A DNA stretch of 64,000 bases from Alphaproteobacteria bacterium. Its GTDB lineage: Bacteria; Pseudomonadota; Alphaproteobacteria; UBA7887. This document shows, piece after piece, positions 38,701 through 46,614 of the stretch. The DNA is taken from assembly GCA_965216755.1 (NCBI GenBank), contig CBDCGL010000011.1, positions 3,680,001 through 3,744,000 on the forward strand, in the 5' to 3' direction. Every line of letters begins with the position of its first letter. Position 1 is the stretch's first letter. The position numbers and the translations under genes were made by a program. The notes below the pieces were generated by a model. It saw nothing but the letters and a program-made list of their open reading frames with translations. It had not been told where the DNA came from and made no database searches.

Positions 38701-39288
38701 CTATTCGTGCGCCACAATCTCCTCAGCGGCGGCAATGATCGGCGCGCTCGAGACCAACGGGTCTGGCGCCAACACCTCGTCAGGGTTCATTGGGCGCTGT
38801 CCCCAATAGCCGCGAACAATGCCCGCTTTATCGACCAGAAAAAACGACGGCCGCGCAAACAAGCGCTTCGATTTTCCCTCGTAATAGCCGACACCAAATG
38901 CCTGAACGGTGTCGCCATCCGGGTAGTCGCTCAAAAGCGGATAGGGCAACCGCAATGAATCCGCGAACGCCGCCTGGGAATAGGCGTGATCCATCGAAAT
39001 GCCGACAATCTGAATTTCCAGGGCTTCAAACTTTTCAAAATCGTCGCGGCGGGCTTCCAGATTTGCGGTGCAGGTTGGGCCCCAGTCGGTGTGGTAAAAC
39101 TCGATCAACACCAACTTCTTGCCGCGAAAATCGCTGAGCGCGATTTCACCGCCAGTCGTCGCCGGCAGTTTGAGCTCTGGTGCGGGTTCGCCAACCTTGA
39201 TCGGTTCCGCCTGTGCGGCCGTAAGGGCAACAACGACGGCGAAGACGGCGCAACCGACACGTCTGGCCCACTGTTTCCAAATTGGCAT
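38701..39288 (-). CDS. Secreted AhpC/TSA (redoxin) family protein
   Basis: Signal peptide, VGEPAPELKL, LSDFRGK, DWGPTC, YPLLSD, FLVDKAGIVR. Confidence 0.85.
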   Translation of the reverse strand: MPIWKQWARRVGCAVFAVVVALTAAQAEPIKVGEPAPELKLPATTGGEIALSDFRGKKLVLIEFYHTDWGPTCTANLEARRDDFEKFEALEIQIVGISMDHAYSQAAFADSLRLPYPLLSDYPDGDTVQAFGVGYYEGKSKRLFARPSFFLVDKAGIVRGYWGQRPMNPDEVLAPDPLVSSAPIIAAAEEIVAHE

Positions 39289-39326
39289 GGGTCCGTCCTC
39301 GATCTGATTTCTCAATCATAGCGTTT

Positions 39327-40298
39327 TCAACGCATGATTTCATCCGCTTGGTAAATCACTTCGCGCGGGATCTCGACGCCAATGGTCGCGGCGGCCTTAA
39401 GGTTCAATACAAACGACAAGGCCTGATCGACTTCGACCGGCAGCAACCCGGCATCCGCGCCATGCATGATCTTGTCAACCAAGCGCGCCGCTTGCCGGCC
39501 CGCGGCGGTGCCATCGCCGCCATAGCTGGCGACGCCGCCCTCCTCGACATAGAACGCGGTATCGAACATGGTCGGGATGCCCCGTTGTGTGCCCGCCTCG
39601 AGGACGAATCCCGGAATATTCAAGTCGACATCGCGCGGTGCCACGACGCCATCAATATCGTTGCTGCTGATCTTGGCGATCCGGTCGCGCGCCTCGTCCA
39701 ATGCGGTCAGCGGCATGCCAACAAACACCAGATCCAGCCGCCGCGCCTCTTCCTGATAGCTTGCTGCTTTGTCGACGTGGTAGGGATTGTTCTTGTTGTA
39801 TGGAAATAGAATCCGCTTCAATCCCGGAACCATTTCGGCGAACAGCTGCAAGCGTTTGCCGCCCACCACATTGTTCAGATCCGCGACGCCCGTGGTGTTG
39901 CGCCCGGGCCGGGCGTAGGAATCGACTACGCCTTGGCCGACCGGATCACCGACGCCTTCAAAAACGATTGGATGGGTCGACGTTGCCTGCTGCGCGGCCT
40001 TGGTCTCGGGTTCACCGATGGTGAACAGCATGTCGACGCCACGATCGACCATTTGACGGGCCGCCGCGGGCAATTCAGCTATGTCGCCCTGGGTAAAACG
40101 CACCCCCACGACGAAGTCTTCGTTTTCCTTGTAGCCCAGGCGTTCCAAGCCCTCAATCAGCCCCACGACTGCCGGCGTCGCGCCCCACGACGCGGTAAGG
40201 ACGCCGATGCGATACGGCGTTCCGCTGGTTTGGGCGCCGACCTGCGCCGGCGCCGGCAACAGCAAAGCGATCAACAAGATGGGCCAATGCCGACGCAT
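39327..40298 (-). CDS. ABC transporter substrate-binding protein (ABC_sub_bind type), no cognate permease nearby
   Basis: PIVF..VGDPV..S.ARPGRNTTG, KRLQL, AARLVDKI..G...LPVE, LNLKAA..G. Confidence 0.85.
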   Translation of the reverse strand: MRRHWPILLIALLLPAPAQVGAQTSGTPYRIGVLTASWGATPAVVGLIEGLERLGYKENEDFVVGVRFTQGDIAELPAAARQMVDRGVDMLFTIGEPETKAAQQATSTHPIVFEGVGDPVGQGVVDSYARPGRNTTGVADLNNVVGGKRLQLFAEMVPGLKRILFPYNKNNPYHVDKAASYQEEARRLDLVFVGMPLTALDEARDRIAKISSNDIDGVVAPRDVDLNIPGFVLEAGTQRGIPTMFDTAFYVEEGGVASYGGDGTAAGRQAARLVDKIMHGADAGLLPVEVDQALSFVLNLKAAATIGVEIPREVIYQADEIMR

Positions 40299-40306
40299 TG
40301 TTCCGG

Positions 40307-41728
40307 CTACCAGCCGCGCTGCGCGGCGGCGACGTAGGCCTGGTAGTCTTCTTCCAAGATGAATCGATCGGCGAGCAGGGCCGCGGCCGCACCTTCCACG
40401 CGCCGCACATAGTCTTCGCGGCCGGGGTAGCGCCGCGCCAGCTCCTCCGGCGAGAACGGTTCGAACGTGCCGCCGATCCACGGATACGGATTTGAATAAT
40501 CGTAGTCTGGATCGAGCCCGGCATAGACGCCCAGGGGCGCGCCGACGGTTTGGCCGTTCGGCAATTCCGTCGGCATGTGGGGCAAGCGAATGCCACCTTT
40601 GACGTTGCCATCGGCATCCGTGGCATAGGCCATGCTGCCGTCGGGATCGATCGCACCTTCAAGGTATTTGGGCGCCGGTGGCAACTTGTCCGATTTGATC
40701 CATTCCGCCAGATTGTGCAACTTTGCCTTAAAAACGGGCCGAAAACCGACCGGATTTTGGCGCCTTGCACCCATTTGTCGCAAGCTGGCGATTTCGGGCG
40801 AAATGTGGGCGACGCCGGCCATCTCATATTGCCTGAAATTGGGCGAATCGTGGCGGGTCAGGTGGCTCTGGAATCCCGCCACGTCTGATTCGGTCAAAAG
40901 TGAAATAAATTTGCCATCACTCGGCAGCGGATCATCGCAGAGCTCGAGTGCCGAAAACCTTGGAATGGTGGGGCCGGGCGGTGGACGCGGCGTGCTGTCG
41001 TTATTGAGCACCAAACAGCCGACATGGACGCCGGCAAAAATGCCATCATAGATGGCCTCATCGTTCGCTTCGCGATTGTCGCCGCGGCGCATGAACTCAA
41101 GCAACAGCGAGCCGGTTTGTGACTGACCGAAAGCGATCGTCCATGCCACCGGCTCTGGCGCAAACGACAAATCGCTATGCAACACGCTTGGGTCACGCAA
41201 AAAACGCGCGGCGTCTTTGATGATCTCGTAGCCATCGCGGCCGTCTTCGATCATGCCGTACTCGGCGCCCAACTCTTCGGTCACCATGCGCGACCATTGG
41301 ACAGCTAAATAAACATAGCCTTCGCGCCTGAGATAATCGCTGAAAATTATGTCGCCGACATAATAGATCTTTCTCCCGCCGAAGGGCGCCGTTTGTTCCG
41401 TATATGCGTGGAAGTCTGCGGAATTGACGACATCGACAAATCCGAAGCCGTTGGGGTCGCGATCCGGATACATCAGTGTGATCGGCACGCGATAGCGACC
41501 GGTTGTGCCGTCGGCGCGTGTGACCGTTCCCTCCATGTCACCCGTGGCCCAGACATATTCGCGGCCGCCGAACGTCCCCATGGTGCCCGATGACTCCACG
41601 ACCACGCGCGTGACCGCAGATTGTGCGTGTAGTGACCACACCAAAATGACCGTCGCGCATGCGATTGACAGGGCGTTCACAAAGCCGTTGGTCCTCTGCC
41701 GGTGTGTCACGATGCGAAGCCTTTTCAA
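40307..41728 (-). CDS. Secreted alpha/beta hydrolase domain protein (Abhydrolase_10-like), paralog A
   Basis: Signal peptide, FGQSQTG, YEMAGVAH, DADGNVKGGIRLP, ELARRYP..DY..AA..L..RFIL. Start TTG 41728 or GTG 41710. Confidence 0.8.
   Translation of the reverse strand: MKRLRIVTHRQRTNGFVNALSIACATVILVWSLHAQSAVTRVVVESSGTMGTFGGREYVWATGDMEGTVTRADGTTGRYRVPITLMYPDRDPNGFGFVDVVNSADFHAYTEQTAPFGGRKIYYVGDIIFSDYLRREGYVYLAVQWSRMVTEELGAEYGMIEDGRDGYEIIKDAARFLRDPSVLHSDLSFAPEPVAWTIAFGQSQTGSLLLEFMRRGDNREANDEAIYDGIFAGVHVGCLVLNNDSTPRPPPGPTIPRFSALELCDDPLPSDGKFISLLTESDVAGFQSHLTRHDSPNFRQYEMAGVAHISPEIASLRQMGARRQNPVGFRPVFKAKLHNLAEWIKSDKLPPAPKYLEGAIDPDGSMAYATDADGNVKGGIRLPHMPTELPNGQTVGAPLGVYAGLDPDYDYSNPYPWIGGTFEPFSPEELARRYPGREDYVRRVEGAAAALLADRFILEEDYQAYVAAAQRGW
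40315..40478. repeat. 164-bp direct repeat (copy 1; copy 2 at 41748-41911)
   Basis: About 5 mismatches by eye; encodes the C-termini of the two hydrolase paralogs. Confidence 0.85.
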
Positions 41729-43155
41729 TTGTCCGGCCCTACCAGCACGCGCTGCGCGGCGGCGACGTAGGCCTGGTAGTCTTCTTCCAAGATGAATCGA
41801 TCGGCGAGCAGGGCCGCGGCGGCACCTTCCACGCGCCGGACATAGTCTTCGCGGCCGGGGTAGCGCCGCGCCAGATCTTCCGGCGAGAAGGGTTCGAACG
41901 TGCCGCCGATCAACGCGTAGACATTTTGATGCCCCAGGAAATCCCAGTCTATGCCCGCATAGACGCCAAGGGGTGCGCCAACGTTCTCGCCGCTCGGTAA
42001 GACGGTCGGCATGTGCGGCAGACGCACGCCACCAGAGACATTGCCATCGTCGTCCGCTGCAAACGTGAACTGGCCGTCGTTCTCGACCTTCCCATCGATG
42101 CGCCGTGGGTCCGGCGGGGCCATGCCCGTATCAATCCAATCCACGAGGTTGCGCAGCATCGCTTTGCAAACCGGCCTGAAACTGATCGGGTTTTGTCGTT
42201 TCGCGCCGGTTTGCCCTAGGCCAACGAGGTCTGGCGGAATATGCGCGACGCCGGCCAGCTCATATTGGCGAAAACTGTCCGGCGTTCGATCGTGGCGAAC
42301 CGCGCGCGCGAGGTGCGCCACTTCTGATTCCGTAAGAATCGAAATGAGTTTGCCATCGGTGGGAAACGGCCCGTCGCACAGGGCCATTTCGTGGAATGTC
42401 GGGTTTTCGGGCCCGGGTCCGACCCGAGGCGTCGCATTGTTGTTGAGCACCAGGCAGCCTTCCTGACCGACAACCAAGATGCCATCGAAGACAAGCGACC
42501 GATCGGCGCGTCGATTGTGACCTTCGCGCAGAAATTCCATTAGGAACGACGCGGTTTGCGAAAGCCCAAAGCCGACAACATTGCCAACGGCCATGGGCGC
42601 GGTTGGCAAGCCGGTCTCGAATTCATCCAAATTCCGTAGCAGGCTCGCCGCGTCTTGAATGATCGCGTATCCGTCGCGGCCGTCTTCGATCACACCGTAA
42701 TCGGCGCCCAATACCTCGGTCACCATGCGCGACCATTGCACGGCTAAATAAATATATCCTTCGCGCCTGAGATAATCGCTGAACAGGGTGTCGCCGACAT
42801 AGTAGATCTTCCGGCCACCGAAGGGCGCCGTCTCTTCTGTGTGGACCCAGAAATCCGCGGAATTGACCACGTCGACAAATCCGACACGATTGGGGTCACG
42901 ATCCGGATACATCAGTGTGATGGGCACGCGATAGTGCCCCGCGGTGCCGTCGGCGCGGGTGACCGTCCCTTCCATGTCGGCAGTGACCCAGACATATTCG
43001 CGGCCGCCGAACGTCCCCATGGTCCCTGATGAGTCCACGACCACGCGCGTGACCGCGGCTTGGGACGATGTTTGCCAAGCCAAGGTCGACAACGCCAGGC
43101 ACAGCACCAGCACCAAAAAACAAGGACCTTTGTGATAGGAGCAAAGCCGATCCAT
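41725..43155 (-). CDS. Secreted alpha/beta hydrolase domain protein (Abhydrolase_10-like), paralog B
   Basis: Tandem paralog of 40307-41728; FGLSQTA, YELAGVAH. ATG 43155 with a GGGAGG RBS. Confidence 0.8.
   Translation of the reverse strand: MDRLCSYHKGPCFLVLVLCLALSTLAWQTSSQAAVTRVVVDSSGTMGTFGGREYVWVTADMEGTVTRADGTAGHYRVPITLMYPDRDPNRVGFVDVVNSADFWVHTEETAPFGGRKIYYVGDTLFSDYLRREGYIYLAVQWSRMVTEVLGADYGVIEDGRDGYAIIQDAASLLRNLDEFETGLPTAPMAVGNVVGFGLSQTASFLMEFLREGHNRRADRSLVFDGILVVGQEGCLVLNNNATPRVGPGPENPTFHEMALCDGPFPTDGKLISILTESEVAHLARAVRHDRTPDSFRQYELAGVAHIPPDLVGLGQTGAKRQNPISFRPVCKAMLRNLVDWIDTGMAPPDPRRIDGKVENDGQFTFAADDDGNVSGGVRLPHMPTVLPSGENVGAPLGVYAGIDWDFLGHQNVYALIGGTFEPFSPEDLARRYPGREDYVRRVEGAAAALLADRFILEEDYQAYVAAAQRVLVGPDN
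41748..41911. repeat. 164-bp direct repeat (copy 2)
   Basis: Offset 1433 bp from 40315-40478. Confidence 0.85.
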
Positions 43156-43299
43156 GCGCCCTCCCGCCGCCAATCATATCGCCAGCGAAAATAAAGTTTA
43201 GCGATCGTCGGGTGATTCGTCAGCCCATCAATACGGCCGGCGCTTATCGTCCTGACCGGTGGCGCCAGTCGTCGGCGGTACGACCCAGGGCATCCCGCC

Positions 43300-44514
43300 T
43301 TATGACGCGAGCGGTAGGCAGGCCGGGCCGATTGGTTCGAAATGCTTATAGGTCAGGATGAATTCCTGGTGGCCGAGTGACTCCGAACAGGTTTGCGCGC
43401 CGGCGACCACGTCTTTGATGCGGTCGAAGACCTCTTCGCCGACCTCGTCCAGGGTCGCGGCGCCGTTCAGAATGCGGCCGGCGTCCACATCCATGTCATC
43501 GGCCATGCGCTGATAGGTGTCTGGATTGGCGCACACCTTAATCACCGGCGCGATCGCGGAGCCGACGACGGAACCGCGGCCGGTGGAAAACAAAATCACC
43601 TGGGCGCCGCATGCGATTAGTTCGGCGATTTCCGCGTTGTCGTTGATGTTCGGAAAACCGTAACGGGGTTCGCCGTCGGGGATCACGTCGAGCAGATACA
43701 GGCCGCTGGCCGGCGGCGCGTCGCCGGGTTTGAGCAAACCGCTGATCCGGCCGCGGCCGCTCTTGGCATAGGCGCCAAGGGATTTTTCCTCGATGGTGGT
43801 CAGGCCGCCTTCTTCGTTGCCGGGCGAAAAGCTCGGATATCCCATGGTGCGGTAATAGGCGGCGGTCTTTTCCATGCAGCGCAGTATCTCGCGCGCAAGG
43901 TCCGGGGTTGCCGCGCGCTCCGCCATATACCCTTCGCAACCCAACAGTTCGCCGGTTTCCTCGAATATGCCCGCGCCGCCTGCGGCGATCAGCAGGTCGA
44001 ATGCGCGGCCCATGGCGGGGTTGGCGGTTAGACCACTGGTGGCGTCAGAGCCGCCACAGATCGTCCCGACGACCAAATCGCTGACGGTCGCCGCCACGCG
44101 CGGGGTTTCGGCAAAATCGCGCAGGGTTGCCGCGACCCAGGCCGCGCCTTCGTCGATGGTGCGCCGCGTGCCGCCGCTGTCCTGTATCACGACCGTTTCG
44201 ACCGGGCGGCCGGTGCGCCGCACTGTTTCGGCCAAGCCAAAGCGATTAAAGCCTTCGCAGCCGAGTGAGACCATCAACGCCGCGCCAACATTGGGATGGG
44301 TACACAGTTTCTGCAGCATGCGAAACGCGTATTCGTTGGGATAGCAGCCCGGAAAGCCGATGACGTGTACGTCTTGGTCGGCAAATCGCGCGGCGATCGC
44401 GCGCGCCACGTGATGCGCACATTCGACCAAATAGACGATCGCAACCACGTTTCGAATTCCTTTGCCGCCGTCTTGGCGCTGATAGGCGTCGAAAGTCCAG
44501 ATGCCCTGGGTCAT
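43300..44514 (-). CDS. UxaA/GarD family dehydratase, catalytic (beta) subunit
   Basis: GIRN..VECA, HPNVG, CGGSDATSGLTANP, GGLTTIEEKSLG, FSTGRG. Confidence 0.88.
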   Translation of the reverse strand: MTQGIWTFDAYQRQDGGKGIRNVVAIVYLVECAHHVARAIAARFADQDVHVIGFPGCYPNEYAFRMLQKLCTHPNVGAALMVSLGCEGFNRFGLAETVRRTGRPVETVVIQDSGGTRRTIDEGAAWVAATLRDFAETPRVAATVSDLVVGTICGGSDATSGLTANPAMGRAFDLLIAAGGAGIFEETGELLGCEGYMAERAATPDLAREILRCMEKTAAYYRTMGYPSFSPGNEEGGLTTIEEKSLGAYAKSGRGRISGLLKPGDAPPASGLYLLDVIPDGEPRYGFPNINDNAEIAELIACGAQVILFSTGRGSVVGSAIAPVIKVCANPDTYQRMADDMDVDAGRILNGAATLDEVGEEVFDRIKDVVAGAQTCSESLGHQEFILTYKHFEPIGPACLPLAS

Positions 44515-44846
44515 GAACGCGCGTCCTCATGTTCGTGCACGGCACCGTCCAAGTAGTCGCTCTTGAGATTGTGACTGTGCACATGCTCGCCGGCAGCGAT
44601 AGGCTGCGCAGCTGAGCCGATCGGTGCACCGTACTTCAAGATCTTTGCGCCGGTCGCGATGGCATGTAGAGCAATCTTGTGACCCAGCGCGATGTCGGTA
44701 GCCGTGGTGATGGTGTAGGCCCCGACGGTGACAACAGTGCCGGCCGGCAGGGCGCCGGTGGCGACGCCGATATTGTCTTCGCTGGCCAAATGCAAAATCT
44801 GCGCGCCGGTCCCGGCCTGAGGCGCTGTGTTGTTCGAATCGGTCAC
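44511..44846 (-). CDS. UxaA family SAF-domain (alpha) subunit
   Basis: DNIGVA..GHKIAL..KYGAPIG..GEHVHSHN. Probable GTG start at 44846 with a GGAG RBS. Confidence 0.82.
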   Translation of the reverse strand: MTDSNNTAPQAGTGAQILHLASEDNIGVATGALPAGTVVTVGAYTITTATDIALGHKIALHAIATGAKILKYGAPIGSAAQPIAAGEHVHSHNLKSDYLDGAVHEHEDARS

Positions 44847-44858
44847 AATTTGCTCCAC

Positions 44859-45605
44859 ATGATGAGACGGGGCGACGATAAGCGAAGGCGGCGGCGCTCG
44901 CAATTGACACCGCGCACATGGCTTCTGGTCGTGGCCGCGCTGGCCATGGGGTGCGCCGATAGCCGGCCATCGACGCCGCGCGTGCGTCCGCCGGAACCTG
45001 GTTTTTGCGTCTTGTCGGACGACGAGATTTTGCGCCATCTGCTGCGCATTGACGTGCCAAGTTATACCTCGGCGAGCGCGGCGGCGACGATGGTGGGCGG
45101 CACGGCCTATGTGTTGACCAATCGGCACAACCTGCCCGCGACACCGGATTTGGCGCAGATCACGGTCAAGACAGCCGCGCTGCGCCTCTTGCCTGTGCGG
45201 CGCATTGTGGCGGCCGGGGTCGATTATGGTCAGGTCGACGGTTTGGGCCCGGCAACCGATTTCGCCGTATTGGAAGTCACCGACATTGCCGCGTTGGCGC
45301 CGTTGTCCTTATTGCCTGATGGCGGCTACCAGGGCCCGGTCGTCGTGCCCCACTACGGTGATCGTCGCTATACGGTATCGCGCGGTCGCCAATGGCGCGG
45401 CGCCGGCGATTTTGATCGGCTTGATTTGGCTTTGCCGTTTGGCGCGTCGGGGGCGCCGGTGATTACCTGCGACGGCCAAATCGCCGGGCTCTACACGGCG
45501 CGCGTCATCGCGGAAGATTGGCAACGCGCCGGATTTCAGGGTGTGTCGACACCAGCCGCGTTCGTCCGCGCGGCCCTAAGCACCGCTAACCGAGAAAACG
45601 ATTGA
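44859..45605 (+). CDS. Trypsin-like serine protease domain (lipo)protein
   Basis: LAMGC lipobox-like motif; catalytic triad motifs LTNRH, DFAVL, GASGAP. Start uncertain. Confidence 0.7.
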   Translation: MMRRGDDKRRRRRSQLTPRTWLLVVAALAMGCADSRPSTPRVRPPEPGFCVLSDDEILRHLLRIDVPSYTSASAAATMVGGTAYVLTNRHNLPATPDLAQITVKTAALRLLPVRRIVAAGVDYGQVDGLGPATDFAVLEVTDIAALAPLSLLPDGGYQGPVVVPHYGDRRYTVSRGRQWRGAGDFDRLDLALPFGASGAPVITCDGQIAGLYTARVIAEDWQRAGFQGVSTPAAFVRAALSTANREND

Positions 45606-46338
45606 TCGGATGCTGGAACGTGTCCTGATGGTGCAAAATCGCGTCAAGCACACCGGTGCCGGTGAATCGCCGAGAATCATATTGGCATAGCGCGACCACC
45701 GGATAGCGGCGGCCGAGGCGCCGTTCATAGCGCGCTTCGAACGCCATCAGATCCGCTTCCGCGATTCCCAAATCCGGCGCCCAGGCCATATCGCCCAAAA
45801 CGCGCAGCAGCGACGCGCCGCCTGTGAAGATCTCGTGAAACCGGCGTTCCAGGAATTCGTATAACGCGTCGAGATCATCGGTGCCGCTTTCGACCATCAA
45901 AAGGCGATCGGCCAGGTCGGTCTCAAGCTCCGGGCGCGTTGCTCGGCAGGAGTCAAGTATGCTCTGTTGTGCCGGTTCGTTGGCGATCAGCAAGCAATGC
46001 TGGCGCGCGGCCAGCCCGCCAACCAGAAATGGCACCGAGAGTTTGAGACGACCGAAATCGCTTCTGTAGACCGAGCCCAAATGGCTACCCGGGGTGAGCT
46101 GCAACCCCTCCAGGTCGACCATCAGCGTGCGCATGTTCGCATGGTGTTGGCCATTAACCGCGCCGCCACCCTCTTGGGTCATGAAGGCAATCAGGTCCTG
46201 CCGCCGAAAACGGCGTTCGCGCTTGGCGCCGACGCGCAAGCAATTCAACGCACCGGCGTTGGTCCAGCGGCGCAACGACACTTCGCTGACTTTCAAAAAG
46301 GCCGCAGCCTGTTTGATGTTGAGCAGTTCGTCTTCCAT
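45586..46338 (-). CDS. DcmR-like regulator: excisionase-type HTH plus MEDS sensory domain
   Basis: LLNIKQAAAFLKVSEVSLRRW..RERRF (HTH_17); GSHL..Y, RVLGDMAW, FE, LCQYDSRRF..H (MEDS). Confidence 0.85.
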   Translation of the reverse strand: MEDELLNIKQAAAFLKVSEVSLRRWTNAGALNCLRVGAKRERRFRRQDLIAFMTQEGGGAVNGQHHANMRTLMVDLEGLQLTPGSHLGSVYRSDFGRLKLSVPFLVGGLAARQHCLLIANEPAQQSILDSCRATRPELETDLADRLLMVESGTDDLDALYEFLERRFHEIFTGGASLLRVLGDMAWAPDLGIAEADLMAFEARYERRLGRRYPVVALCQYDSRRFTGTGVLDAILHHQDTFQHPINRFLG

Positions 46339-46389
46339 GTCATGGGCGGTTTAGAACCGCCATTTATTTGTCTTTGATTATCGATATTA

Positions 46390-46516
46390 GTCACAAGCCC
46401 GTGACAGGACAAATCCGAAGCTTGCCCTTGTCGGCATTTGTTTGCCGGCGATGTCTGGCGGACTTGGTCGCGGATCGCGGTCACGGCGCGTCACGACATA
46501 GTGACCCAGGGTGACC
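46390..46516. promoter_or_regulatory. Candidate operator: GTCAC-N6-GTGAC palindromes
   Basis: Copies at 46390-46405 and 46490-46505; the second is nested in extra half-sites at 46480 and 46511. Confidence 0.55.
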
Positions 46517-46614
46517 GGTCGTTATTTGCCAGACTCCCCTGCCCATGGATCATCATTGATGATCCTGAATCACCTTTGTTGATATTTGTGATCAGAAATG
46601 AATAACAATGATCT

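Noticed and set aside
38701-39288. Selenoprotein / UGA recoding in the redoxin (also DUF3179 and YHS, families with Sec members)
   Set aside because: The redoxin active-site codon is TGC, and all three ORFs are uninterrupted with Cys.
45586-46338. Prophage excisionase
   Set aside because: The HTH is fused to a MEDS domain, and there are no integrase or phage genes nearby.
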